From Wenzhouxiangellaceae bacterium (lineage in GTDB: Bacteria; Pseudomonadota; Gammaproteobacteria; Xanthomonadales; Wenzhouxiangellaceae): DNA of 64,000 bases. Both the position numbers and the translations under genes were made by a program. The stretch is taken from NCBI GenBank assembly GCA_040904965.1, contig JBBDSL010000004.1, forward strand, positions 101 to 64,100, given 5' to 3'. Within the stretch, counting starts at the first letter, position 1; every line of letters begins with the position of its first letter. The notes beneath the pieces are model-generated. The model made no database searches. It saw nothing but the letters and a program-made list of their open reading frames with translations, and had not been told where the DNA came from. This document shows, one piece after another, positions 16,901-24,781 of this stretch.

Positions 16901-17183
16901 GTATCATCCAAGTACCATCACCGATTTAAACCGCGCACTCGACTTCTACGAACAGAAACGGATTGGACTCGGTGGCGAGCTCCGGGAGGAAATCTATCAG
17001 ACAATTTCACGTATCGCCGCAAACCCCCTTATCTATCGCCCCATTGCAGGGCAGATGAGACGTTGTTTTGTGCATCGCTTTCCCTTCTCCATCCTGTACC
17101 GGGTTGTAGACGCCGATTTGCTTCGAGTGTTGGTCATCCGACATCATCGTCAGCATTCGCAGTTTGGTATGGAGCGGAGATGA
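16890..17183 (+). CDS. parE: RelE/ParE-family type II toxin
   Basis: 97 aa with ...NPLIYRPIAG..RRCFVHRFPFSILYRVVDADLLRVLVIRHHRQH, the typical ParE/RelE layout. Confidence 0.7.
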   Translation: MKVEYHPSTITDLNRALDFYEQKRIGLGGELREEIYQTISRIAANPLIYRPIAGQMRRCFVHRFPFSILYRVVDADLLRVLVIRHHRQHSQFGMERR

Positions 17184-17231
17184 GAGTGTGGAGAGTCGGG
17201 TCTTGTTTCATGCACCAAGCCGGCCGCAGAC

Positions 17232-17440
17232 ATGAAGCAAGACACCGAACTATCCGCGTGGCCCACTGGAGCGCGCCAGTACGGATTTCTGGCCAACCGT
17301 TGCCGCAGGCGAAAACGGGCGTGCGGGCTGCGCTGGCGCGGGATGAAGCACCCAGGGCAAGGAAAGACACGGACCGGCCACCGACACCGGTGGAACTGCC
17401 TTGCCGGGTCTGTGGCAAAGGACGCCTGATTGCAGAGCCC
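17232..17440 (+). pseudogene. frameshifted IS91-family transposase C-terminal fragment
   Basis: One frame gives ARQYGFLANRCRRRK; the next gives PPTPVELPCRVCGKGRLI (the CxxCG zinc motif). Confidence 0.45.
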
Positions 17441-17469
17441 CCGGACACCCACGGCCGCAGTTTCGAGGT

Positions 17470-17496
17470 AAAAGCGTTCCCGCGGGAACGCTTTTT
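17470..17496 (+). terminator. perfect 13+13 palindrome followed by a T-run (terminator or IS91 end hairpin)
   Basis: aaaagcgttcccg|cgggaacgctttt then t. Confidence 0.5.
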
Positions 17497-18007
17497 GAAT
17501 CGAAATCATTCTCATCGGTACAGCCAATGCAGGGCGCCAGACGATACGCAAGCACTTTTCCGCGATCCGGCCCTGGCGGGGTAGACCTCCCGGGTAGCTG
17601 CCTGGACCGGCCAGACGAGTGCCAACGAAGACGGGCCTGGCACCGGCCCCGGCCGAGCTCGGCTCGGTGCTGGAATCCTGAGTCAGGATCGGGTACATTG
17701 AGCTTAGGAGCCTGTCGGGCTTAAAACTGATCTACTGCGGCAAAGCCGGATTGGGCCAGATTCTCCGCTCTGTTTCGCTAAATAGGCCCACTATTGGCCT
17801 CAAAGGACCGAAAAATCTGACTCCAACCGGCTTTCCCTCGCTACGATCGGTTAACTCAGACAGGCTCCTGGACAAGCCATTCGAGGCATGGGGAAATGCG
17901 AAAATGAACGCGAACGCCAAACCGTCGGCCCGGATGTCTCCCGACACCGGCACCGCTGCGACCGGCGCAGAATTGCTTGTAAGTTATAAGCCAGGGAGAG
18001 AAGTAAT

Positions 18008-18646
18008 TTGCACCACGTGATGTTTGATGTTGATGGCACATTAGTAATGTCAGACGAGTTTGACGGCAGTTGTTATCTTGAAGCCGTGTATGAAGTTCTA
18101 GGCCATAGCCTGGATACCAATTGGAAGAAGTACACTTATGTAAGTGACGCGGGCATCCTTGATCAGCATATACGCGAAAGTGGGCTTGACGATAGAAAAG
18201 AGGAGATCCTCGCAGATGTCAAAGGAGCGTTTATCGAAAAAATTTCTAACTACCTGAAAGATAACCCAGTGCAGCAGGTTTCCGGCGCCTCCAAATTCCT
18301 GATCGAGCTACAGCAAGTAGCGAATCTAACTCTATCAATTGCTACTGGGGGGTGGCGCGAGACAGCCCTGATGAAACTAGAGGCGGCTGATATTGACGTC
18401 AGAGATATCCCTATCGCATCATCGAACAATCACTATGCGCGAACCGAAATAATGAAAATTGCTAGAGAAAAAGCCGTTGGCAACAATGAAGTTCCTTGCA
18501 CATATTTCGGAGACGGGGAATGGGACAAGATAGCTTGCCAAGAACTGGGCTTCAATTTCGTGTCAATTGGTGAAAGAACATACCATTACCAGAATATCAA
18601 GGACTTCAGTAATGCAAGGCAGGCAATGGCGTTCATCGGCTTATAG
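18008..18646 (+). CDS. HAD-superfamily hydrolase cassette
   Basis: 212 aa with MFDVDGTL (DxDGT motif I), SIATGG (motif II-like) and YFGDGEWD (motif IV). The true start may be the ATG at 18020. Confidence 0.7.
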   Translation: MHHVMFDVDGTLVMSDEFDGSCYLEAVYEVLGHSLDTNWKKYTYVSDAGILDQHIRESGLDDRKEEILADVKGAFIEKISNYLKDNPVQQVSGASKFLIELQQVANLTLSIATGGWRETALMKLEAADIDVRDIPIASSNNHYARTEIMKIAREKAVGNNEVPCTYFGDGEWDKIACQELGFNFVSIGERTYHYQNIKDFSNARQAMAFIGL

Positions 18647-18712
18647 CAAGCGCATGCAGTCGGACAAAGTGCCCGCTACGCGCACCTTGCGGCTGATGCG
18701 ATGCGTTTGCAC
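18643..18712 (+). other. attC-like imperfect palindrome (non-consensus cores)
   Basis: gcaagcgcatgcagtc pairs with ctgatgcgatgcgtttgc. Confidence 0.35.
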
Positions 18713-18722
18713 TTGAGAGATT

Positions 18723-19076
18723 ATGGGACCTTCAGCATCCTGGATAAATGACTGGAAGATCGGAATATCCTCCGTCAGGGAGCGCGAGGCCGGCCGAGAA
18801 TTGCTGGATATTTTTCGGCGATTCTGGCATTGGACTGAACTTGATCGAAAGTCGAAAAGCACTCAGCAAAGATATAGTAGCGCGCTACATGCCCTCGGTG
18901 GCTGGGCTGTCGAGAAAGCAATAGAAAGTGATAAACCGATTGATGCTCGTCAGCAACTCATTGAAGCAACCGCTGCCGGCGATGGACCCCTGATCTATTT
19001 GGATAGAGAAGAATGGCAAAAAGAATTGGATATGGTTTGCCGAAAGCTCCACAAATTTCTGGCATCGTGGTGTTAA
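18723..19076 (+). CDS. cassette hypothetical protein
   Basis: 117-aa ORF. No family recognised. Confidence 0.4.
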   Translation: MGPSASWINDWKIGISSVREREAGRELLDIFRRFWHWTELDRKSKSTQQRYSSALHALGGWAVEKAIESDKPIDARQQLIEATAAGDGPLIYLDREEWQKELDMVCRKLHKFLASWC

Positions 19077-19084
19077 TTTCAAGT

Positions 19085-19131
19085 GGGGGGGCTTAACCGA
19101 GCTCTGCTGTTGTTGTAAGTCGCCAAGCCCC
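19085..19131 (+). other. short attC-like hairpin (first core GCTTAAC; second core mutated to CCAAGCC)
   Basis: ggggggcttaaccgagc...gtcgccaagcccc. Confidence 0.4.
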
Positions 19132-19139
19132 GGATCAGA

Positions 19140-19285
19140 CCACGGAGGAAACAGCATGCGGTATTCGCCTGAAGCTCACGCTCGCGCGAAAGCGAGTACA
19201 ACCGAGGAACCGGATGCGGGAAAACCGCACGTCCGGGTCTGTGCGGGGGCGCCGGGTAACCGGCGTTCCTGCCGCGAGATGTGTA
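19140..19285 (+). pseudogene. possible 3' remnant of a group II intron (domain V-like hairpin at 19207-19239)
   Basis: GAACCGGAUGCGG-GAAAA-CCGCA[CG]UCCGGGUC gives two 5-bp helices separated by a 2-nt CG bulge on the 3' strand, as in domain V. The AGC triad position reads AAC. A GC-rich hairpin with a GTAA loop follows. Confidence 0.35.
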
Positions 19286-19368
19286 AAAAGAAGCCATGAA
19301 TCGAAAACAGTTTATACAAAGCCTTGGCGCAACTTGTTCCAATTGGAATTGGAGTTGGTCATTTATCA

Positions 19369-20028
19369 ATGAAAAAAAAAGAAATTATCTTTGGTGTTTG
19401 GGACGACCGAGCAATTGGGGATAACTGGCTAATATTTACCTATGATTGGGAGCGAAATGAAAAAGGAGAAGAAAATAAAGGCTTTCAGCAATCTAGAGAT
19501 CATTTAACGTTCATAGAAAATGAAGGGTATGAGCTGTTTGTTTTCAGAATGTTCGCCGTTGAGGGTAGCGCACCCGTAAAGATAAAAGGCTTTGAAAGAA
19601 AGCTTCTCCCCAAAAAACTATTGCGGTGTGGCAATAGTTGGTATGCCACAGATACAGAAACAAATCTCCTACCCGAAGAAGTACAAGACTTAGAAAATGA
19701 ATATCTTGAAGGCGCCAAAAGCACAATTACAGTGAATAGCTATGAGCGAAACATGGTAGCTAGAGAGAGATGTATCAATCATTTTGGATGTCATTGTTCT
19801 GTATGTGGGTTTGATTTTGAAAAATATTACGGCGTACTAGGCGCTAACTATATTCATATCCATCATTTAATTCCCCTAAATCAAATAAAAAAAGAATATT
19901 CAGTAGATCCAATCCAAGACTTGGTTCCAGTATGTCCCAACTGTCATGCAATGATCCATAAGGGCAGAAAGACAATCTCGATTGAAGAGTTCAGAAATCA
20001 TATTACCAATGCAAGAAAAAACACATAA
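19369..20028 (+). CDS. HNH endonuclease-domain cassette protein
   Basis: Start trimmed to MKKKEIIF. The C-terminus is NSYERNMVARERCINHFGCHCSVCGFDF..YIHIHHLIPL..DLVPVCPNCHAMIH. Confidence 0.7.
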   Translation: MKKKEIIFGVWDDRAIGDNWLIFTYDWERNEKGEENKGFQQSRDHLTFIENEGYELFVFRMFAVEGSAPVKIKGFERKLLPKKLLRCGNSWYATDTETNLLPEEVQDLENEYLEGAKSTITVNSYERNMVARERCINHFGCHCSVCGFDFEKYYGVLGANYIHIHHLIPLNQIKKEYSVDPIQDLVPVCPNCHAMIHKGRKTISIEEFRNHITNARKNT

Positions 20029-20092
20029 CAATTACAGTCAGCAGGACAAACCTACGCTACGCTCCGGTTTGCCTCTGCTGTAGGCGTTAGAC
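20023..20092 (+). other. attC site
   Basis: acataac-aattacagtcagcagg ... cctctgctgtaggc-gttagac. The stop TAA is inside the first core. Confidence 0.75.
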
Positions 20093-20107
20093 CTCACTGG
20101 AGAAGAA

Positions 20108-20536
20108 ATGCGTAATTCAATTATGTTCGTCACAATGGCCTTATTCTGTGCTCCTTTCGTTCATTCACAGGAGCCAGTGTCACCCAATGTCCGCACGGTT
20201 GAGCGGTTTGTCGCAGCATTCAATGCGCACGACAGTGGAGCCATGGCAGAATTCGTTGCAGACGATGTCGCCTGGTTGAGTATCACTGGCAAAGATGTGG
20301 CTGTGGAGGTTATGGGCAAGAGTGAGCTAGTTGCAAGCATGAACGCTTATTTAGAATCATGTCCAACGTGCCAATCAGAATTATCCGGAACCATATCTAC
20401 TCCTGGCAGGGTTAGCGCCATTGAGGTCGCAAGTTGGCAGGGCAAGAGTGGGTCAAGGTCCCAGAGGAGTATCTCCGTGTATGAGTTTTCAGAGGGCGTG
20501 ATTCAACGTGTCTATTACTTCCCCTCGGAAAATTAG
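20108..20536 (+). CDS. SnoaL/NTF2-like cassette protein with signal peptide
   Basis: 142 aa with the leader MFVTMALFCAPFVHSQ and VERFVAAFNAHDSGAMAEFVADDVAW. Confidence 0.6.
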   Translation: MRNSIMFVTMALFCAPFVHSQEPVSPNVRTVERFVAAFNAHDSGAMAEFVADDVAWLSITGKDVAVEVMGKSELVASMNAYLESCPTCQSELSGTISTPGRVSAIEVASWQGKSGSRSQRSISVYEFSEGVIQRVYYFPSEN

Positions 20537-20542
20537 GGTGAC

Positions 20543-20549
20543 GTCTAAC
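20543..20549 (+). other. attC first core (GTCTAAC) interrupted by an IS remnant
   Basis: Lies 7 nt after the cassette stop and is followed directly by the IS110-like terminal sequence. Confidence 0.5.
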
Positions 20550-20571
20550 GAAGCAGATTCTATGTTGGAAG

Positions 20572-20976
20572 TCAAGCTGTTTTGAGCCGATTTGGATCGA
20601 ACTGCTCGCCGTTTTTCATCAGAGAGAACGCAATCCGGATCAGTTTGCGTCCCAGAGCAATATAGGCTTCGGCGGACTTCACTCCGCGATCTTTGAACCG
20701 CTCCAGGTATGGCTTGAAACGGAAGCGCCCGGCGGCTCTGGACGCATTGAAAATCAGTCGCCGATACTCGGCGTTGCCCTTTTTGGTTGGCTTGCGCTGG
20801 AGGAGCGCGTGCCCCGACCAGGATCGACTGCGATGCGAAGGCTTTGATTCAATATCGCGCGTGGTCCCGGCTGGAATACGGCCGGGACCTGTGCGGTTCG
20901 TTCCCCCATGACTTACGGACGGAGTTTGCTGGGAAGTTCGACTGGTTGCGTGGCGGAGATGGCATTGCAGAAGCAC
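20572..20976 (-). pseudogene. IS110/IS1111-family transposase remnant (longer copy)
   Basis: ...WSGHALLQRKPTKKGNAEYRRLIFNASRAAGRFRFKPYLERFKDRGVKSAEAYIALGRKLIRIAFSLMKNGEQFD. No intact N-terminal DEDD domain. Confidence 0.6.
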
Positions 20977-21000
20977 TTTTCGACCTTGAACTGGATCCCG

Positions 21001-21336
21001 TCATCCAAGGTCCCAGCTCCCGGTGCCTCCGGACATGTAATTTGCGGGACCGGTTGCGATTGGCCTGGTTGTCATCAAGTCCGGAAATGTCCCTTTGCAA
21101 AACCGCCCCGGATTCCCGCCCGCCAATGTGCTGGAGAAATAGCTCATGGCGCTGAACACTTTACAACGGTCCAGATCAGAAACTCCGTTGCAGTTCCAGG
21201 CGCTGAAGTTGAAATACTGAGAAATTTCGGCACTGCCCCAGCTTTGGGTATTTATCACCGAGATTTTCCCACTGTGACACCAAGGTAGTGCTTGGGCTGG
21301 CGAAGCCACTATCAGCAGTGCAAAATAACACAACAA
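21001..21336 (-). CDS. possible small secreted protein (3' part may be fused to IS debris)
   Basis: 111 aa with the leader MLCYFALLIVASPAQA. The AT-rich 5' half runs into GC-rich sequence. Confidence 0.3.
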   Translation of the reverse strand: MLCYFALLIVASPAQALPWCHSGKISVINTQSWGSAEISQYFNFSAWNCNGVSDLDRCKVFSAMSYFSSTLAGGNPGRFCKGTFPDLMTTRPIATGPANYMSGGTGSWDLG

Positions 21337-21511
21337 GGTACTAAAGAAACGGATATTTATTATTGATCTCCAATTGGAAGAAAACCGCCCTGTGGGCGGG
21401 CCAGCACATTAACTGACTATTTTTAGTAACGTTGGAGTCCCGGATTTACCTCACCGGGGGGCGGAGAACCGGCGTTCCTGCCGCGAGAGGTATCAGAATC
21501 GAGTTCGCCAT

Positions 21512-21907
21512 ATGGCAAAACCATTCCACCTTTCTTTTGTTGTTCCCGACTTGGAGGCCGCTACATCCTTTTACATTAGCGTTCTTGGTTGCGGTATTGG
21601 CCGAGATGCTGGCGCCTGGGTAGATATCCTTCTATTCGGCCATCAACTTACAATTCACCAAGAGCAAGATAATTTAGTTGCAGTCGCAATTGATCACTTC
21701 GGTCCGGTGCTTTCTAAATCTGAATGGCTTGCTCTTTCAGAGCGTGTAACGTCTCATCAAGTTAATTTTCAAGTGCCACCTCAAGTCAAGAACGAGGGCG
21801 CCGAGGGAGAAACTGGAAAGTTCATCCTTAGTGACCCTGCAGGTAATAATCTTGAGTTTAAATACTATAAAAATTTCAAAGGTACCGTCGGTGAAGCTGA
21901 TGTGTGA
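21512..21907 (+). CDS. VOC (glyoxalase/bleomycin-resistance/dioxygenase) family cassette protein
   Basis: 131 aa. MAKPFHLSFVVPDLEAATSFYISVLG ... NNLEFKYY. Confidence 0.65.
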   Translation: MAKPFHLSFVVPDLEAATSFYISVLGCGIGRDAGAWVDILLFGHQLTIHQEQDNLVAVAIDHFGPVLSKSEWLALSERVTSHQVNFQVPPQVKNEGAEGETGKFILSDPAGNNLEFKYYKNFKGTVGEADV

Positions 21908-21961
21908 ATCCCGTGCGTAATCAGGTCGGCATTTCGGACTGAAACCGGTCGCCGTTATGGT

Positions 21962-23026
21962 TCAGCGCGACTCCAGCAGTTCGAAGTGGCCGGTGGGTTC
22001 GAATTTCCCGACGCCGGATTCGTGCATGACAGCCTTCAGGTCGGCCAGTGCGTCCTGGTCCAGGGGATAGAACACCGTCTGCCTGCCGGCAATGACCGTC
22101 GCGTAGGCGACCAGCCCGATATCGGGATGTTCGACCCTCCAACCATGATTGATGGCGTCGGCCGGGCCGAGGTCGCAGCGCGCCCAGCGGTTGTGCTCGT
22201 CGATCTCCACGCCCGGGTGCGGGCCGAGCGCGCGCCAGCGAACGAGATGTGACTCCAGCAATGCAATGGTCTGGCGCAGTGCGCGCAGCCACAGGGCATA
22301 GCCGTCGCTGTCGCCGGGCCCGGCGTGAAACGGCTGGAATTCGAGTTCCCATCCGCCGGCGCTGACATTCCAGTCCGCCATCAGGCCGCCGGGCAGCTCC
22401 AGGCGGGCCGGTTCCTGGCGTGCCAGCAGCGCGTGTTCCACCGGCGGCCAGAACGGGTCCAGTCCGGCGCCGGCCAGTTGAACCTTGGTCAACGCCATCA
22501 GGTCGGCACAGGTCATCAACTGGCCGTGGACCGGATCCAGCCCGCTGATCTCGGCCAGCGTGCCCATCGCCGGCGGGCGCAGTGCGCCGGTCTCGAACAG
22601 AACCTGCTCCAGCCGTGCGCTCAACGGCCCGAGTTCCGTCGCCTCGCCTGCGAGCACGATGGGCAGGCAGACGAACAGGCCTTGCGGTGGTGTCCAGTAA
22701 GGCATCAGCGATGCGTGGGCCAGTCGGCCCTGGTGCGCGCCGATGGAGGTGATGCTCGGTTCCGGGTCGGGGCCCGGTCCGGCCACGCGAAGCATGGCAT
22801 CCCACGGTGCGTGCTCCGGGCTGAGAATCTGGCCGGGTTCGAGCAGCGTCGGGCCGGTGACCAGGTGCCCGCGGGTCACTTCCGCAACGCAGTGCGCCAG
22901 ATCGTCGGCAATCAGCCCGGCCAGCCGTTCGCTTTCGGCGCGTTCGAGTACAAAGCGGCTGGCACCGGCAGGCGGGCGAATCTCAAAACCGGCCACAAGC
23001 CGGATATGATTGGAATCATGGTTCAT
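21962..23026 (-). CDS. conserved hypothetical protein (core genome resumes)
   Basis: 354-aa high-GC ORF. No family recognised. Confidence 0.55.
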   Translation of the reverse strand: MNHDSNHIRLVAGFEIRPPAGASRFVLERAESERLAGLIADDLAHCVAEVTRGHLVTGPTLLEPGQILSPEHAPWDAMLRVAGPGPDPEPSITSIGAHQGRLAHASLMPYWTPPQGLFVCLPIVLAGEATELGPLSARLEQVLFETGALRPPAMGTLAEISGLDPVHGQLMTCADLMALTKVQLAGAGLDPFWPPVEHALLARQEPARLELPGGLMADWNVSAGGWELEFQPFHAGPGDSDGYALWLRALRQTIALLESHLVRWRALGPHPGVEIDEHNRWARCDLGPADAINHGWRVEHPDIGLVAYATVIAGRQTVFYPLDQDALADLKAVMHESGVGKFEPTGHFELLESR

Positions 23027-23044
23027 ACGGAATCCGGATCGGAA

Positions 23045-23566
23045 ATGAGTGCCCAGTCCACAGGATCGACATTATCGCAACCAGGCGCCGCGGCTCCGGT
23101 GTCGCCGGAATGGCAGCTGTACACGTTCGGCGAGTTCGGTCGGGCGCAATTGTATGCAGTGCTGGCCGCGCGCGTGGCGGTGTTCGTGGTCGAGCAGGAC
23201 TGTCCGTACCAGGATCTCGACGGCCTCGACGAGATCGGGTTGCACCTGGTGGCCTGGGGGCCGGACAGTGCGGTTGTGGCCTATGCGCGAATCCTGCCGC
23301 CGGGCACGCGCTTCGAGCAGCCGTCCATCGGGCGCGTGTTGACCAGTCTGTCGGTACGGCGCACCGGGGTCGGTCGCGAATTGATGCGGCGCGCAATAGC
23401 GGCGGTCGCCGAGCGATACCCCGGCCAGGCGATCAGGCTGTCCGCGCAATGCTACCTGGAAAGATTCTACGGAGCGCTGGGCTTCTCGGTCGTCTCGGCG
23501 CCGTACGAGGAAGACGGCATCCCGCACGTGGAAATGGAACTGCCGGCAGGGGCCGCCGGCAGATGA
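23045..23566 (+). CDS. elaA: ElaA-like GNAT N-acetyltransferase
   Basis: Start trimmed to MSAQSTG. LYAVLAARVAVFVVEQDCPYQDLDGLD ... IGRV..RRTGVGRELM ... YEEDGIPHVEM. Confidence 0.7.
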   Translation: MSAQSTGSTLSQPGAAAPVSPEWQLYTFGEFGRAQLYAVLAARVAVFVVEQDCPYQDLDGLDEIGLHLVAWGPDSAVVAYARILPPGTRFEQPSIGRVLTSLSVRRTGVGRELMRRAIAAVAERYPGQAIRLSAQCYLERFYGALGFSVVSAPYEEDGIPHVEMELPAGAAGR

Positions 23567-23583
23567 ACCGGTCTTGAGGCTGG

Positions 23584-24150
23584 TCAGTACAGCGAGAACG
23601 GCGATTTGACTCCGCTGCCACCGCCGCGGCCGCCGCGCCGCCGCCGACGCATGCGCGACAGCAGCGCTTTTTCGCGGGCTTCGAGGAAATCGCTGCGGTT
23701 GAGTTCGGATGGTTTCTTGCCCAGCCGCTTCGCCTCGGTTTCGCGATATTGGACGAAATCCCGATAGGCCTCGATTTCCGGTTTGAGCTCGCGGCTCATG
23801 AGTTCGACCATGATCGCGTCGTCGAGATAGCCGATTCCGGGCAGGTGGTCGGGGATGAGGTCTTCGGGCTGGTTAAAGTAGGCCAGCGCCGTGAGCACGC
23901 GCTTGCGGCCCACCTCCTGCATGCCCCAGCCTTCGTCGGCGAGCATGTCGGTCAGCACCTTGATCTGGTTCAGGCGCTCGCGGATGAAGTCCGACGCGTC
24001 GCTGTCCTCGACTTCCTTGAGCAGCTTCCTGGCACCGGCGACGATTTGGTCGGGCGACGCCTTCTGCGAGACATCCATGGCCCGTTGGGCCAGCTTGCGG
24101 AAATGTTCCAGATCGTTTTCGGACAGGTCCAGTACGATTCGCATGGTCAT
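23584..24150 (-). CDS. DUF1232 (YkvA-like) domain protein
   Basis: 188 aa. DLIPDHLPGIGYLDDAIMVEL is the DUF1232 signature. Confidence 0.6.
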   Translation of the reverse strand: MTMRIVLDLSENDLEHFRKLAQRAMDVSQKASPDQIVAGARKLLKEVEDSDASDFIRERLNQIKVLTDMLADEGWGMQEVGRKRVLTALAYFNQPEDLIPDHLPGIGYLDDAIMVELMSRELKPEIEAYRDFVQYRETEAKRLGKKPSELNRSDFLEAREKALLSRMRRRRRGGRGGGSGVKSPFSLY

Positions 24151-24310
24151 AAATCAGGCTCCCGGGAGCGGTTGCAAGGCTGAATCTCGCCGGGCCGTGT
24201 TCCGCGTGCGCGCCGGTTGATTCAGAATCAAGATCGATAGCATAAACAAATTGCCCTGCCGGTGCATGCAATTACCGGTTCAGGCATGAATCTCAAGAAT
24301 ATCTGTGCCT

Positions 24311-24781
24311 TCAGCGGAAATGACCCGGCTGCCCAGGCACCGGGTAAAGAAAGCCTTCCTGGCCGATCTTGGCGTCGCGCTGTCCTTCGATGCTGATCTC
24401 GCTGGACAACTCGAATCGTACGTTTGCGCCGCGAGACTGCGCCAGGGTCAGGAGGATTTCAGCGGCGATGGGCATCGCCGGGGCATCCAGGCTGACCAGC
24501 TCGCGCCCGCGCGGACTGATTTTAAGATCCAGCTCCCAGGCCGCGTTGAACAGCTCGGTATCGTCGACGCGCATGGCCATGGCCGCCGATTCCAGGTACA
24601 GGTCGTGGTCGTTGCGGTTGTGCACCAGAAGCCTGAAATGAACCAGGTCGTCGTCGACACGCAAGCTTTCGACCAGAAGCGTCGGCGGTTCCAGGCGGAT
24701 CTGGCGCGGTCCCGCGCTGCAGCCGGCAAGTGCGCCCAGGACGGCCAGAAAGAGAGCGCGTTTGAGGAAGTTGTTCGTCAC
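24311..24781 (-). CDS. lipoprotein, LEA_2/WHy-like
   Basis: GTG start overlapping the upstream stop (GTGA). Lipobox LAVLGALAGC. Confidence 0.55.
   Translation of the reverse strand: MTNNFLKRALFLAVLGALAGCSAGPRQIRLEPPTLLVESLRVDDDLVHFRLLVHNRNDHDLYLESAAMAMRVDDTELFNAAWELDLKISPRGRELVSLDAPAMPIAAEILLTLAQSRGANVRFELSSEISIEGQRDAKIGQEGFLYPVPGQPGHFR

Larger units (their letters stand above)
2982..21960. mobile_element. sedentary chromosomal integron: delta-intI, attI-like site and an ~18.7-kb cassette array with embedded IS/intron debris
   Basis: An intI remnant at the left edge reads away from the array. Cassette ORFs are mostly on the plus strand, each followed by an imperfect palindrome bounded by RYYYAAC and GTTRRRY. 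Composition is clearly AT-richer than both flanks. Confidence 0.8.

Noticed and set aside
17195-17240. 13-bp stem hairpin (gtcttgtttcatg ... catgaagcaagac) just after parE, as a possible attC.
   Set aside because: It has no RYYYAAC or GTTRRRY cores and abuts the IS91 fragment. It may be an IS end or a terminator. It is left unannotated.
17848-17990. Possible long attC (ggttaactcagacagg ... cttgtaagttataagcc), plus an aggagcctgtc / gacaggctcct inverted repeat 150 nt apart.
   Set aside because: Only the outer 6-8 nt pair and the spacing is atypical. It could equally be IS91-end or other debris.
21912-21960. Possible terminal attC of the array (gcgtaatcaggtcgg ... ccggtcgccgttatgg).
   Set aside because: The arms pair poorly and the cores are non-consensus. 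It is too weak to call without a covariance model.
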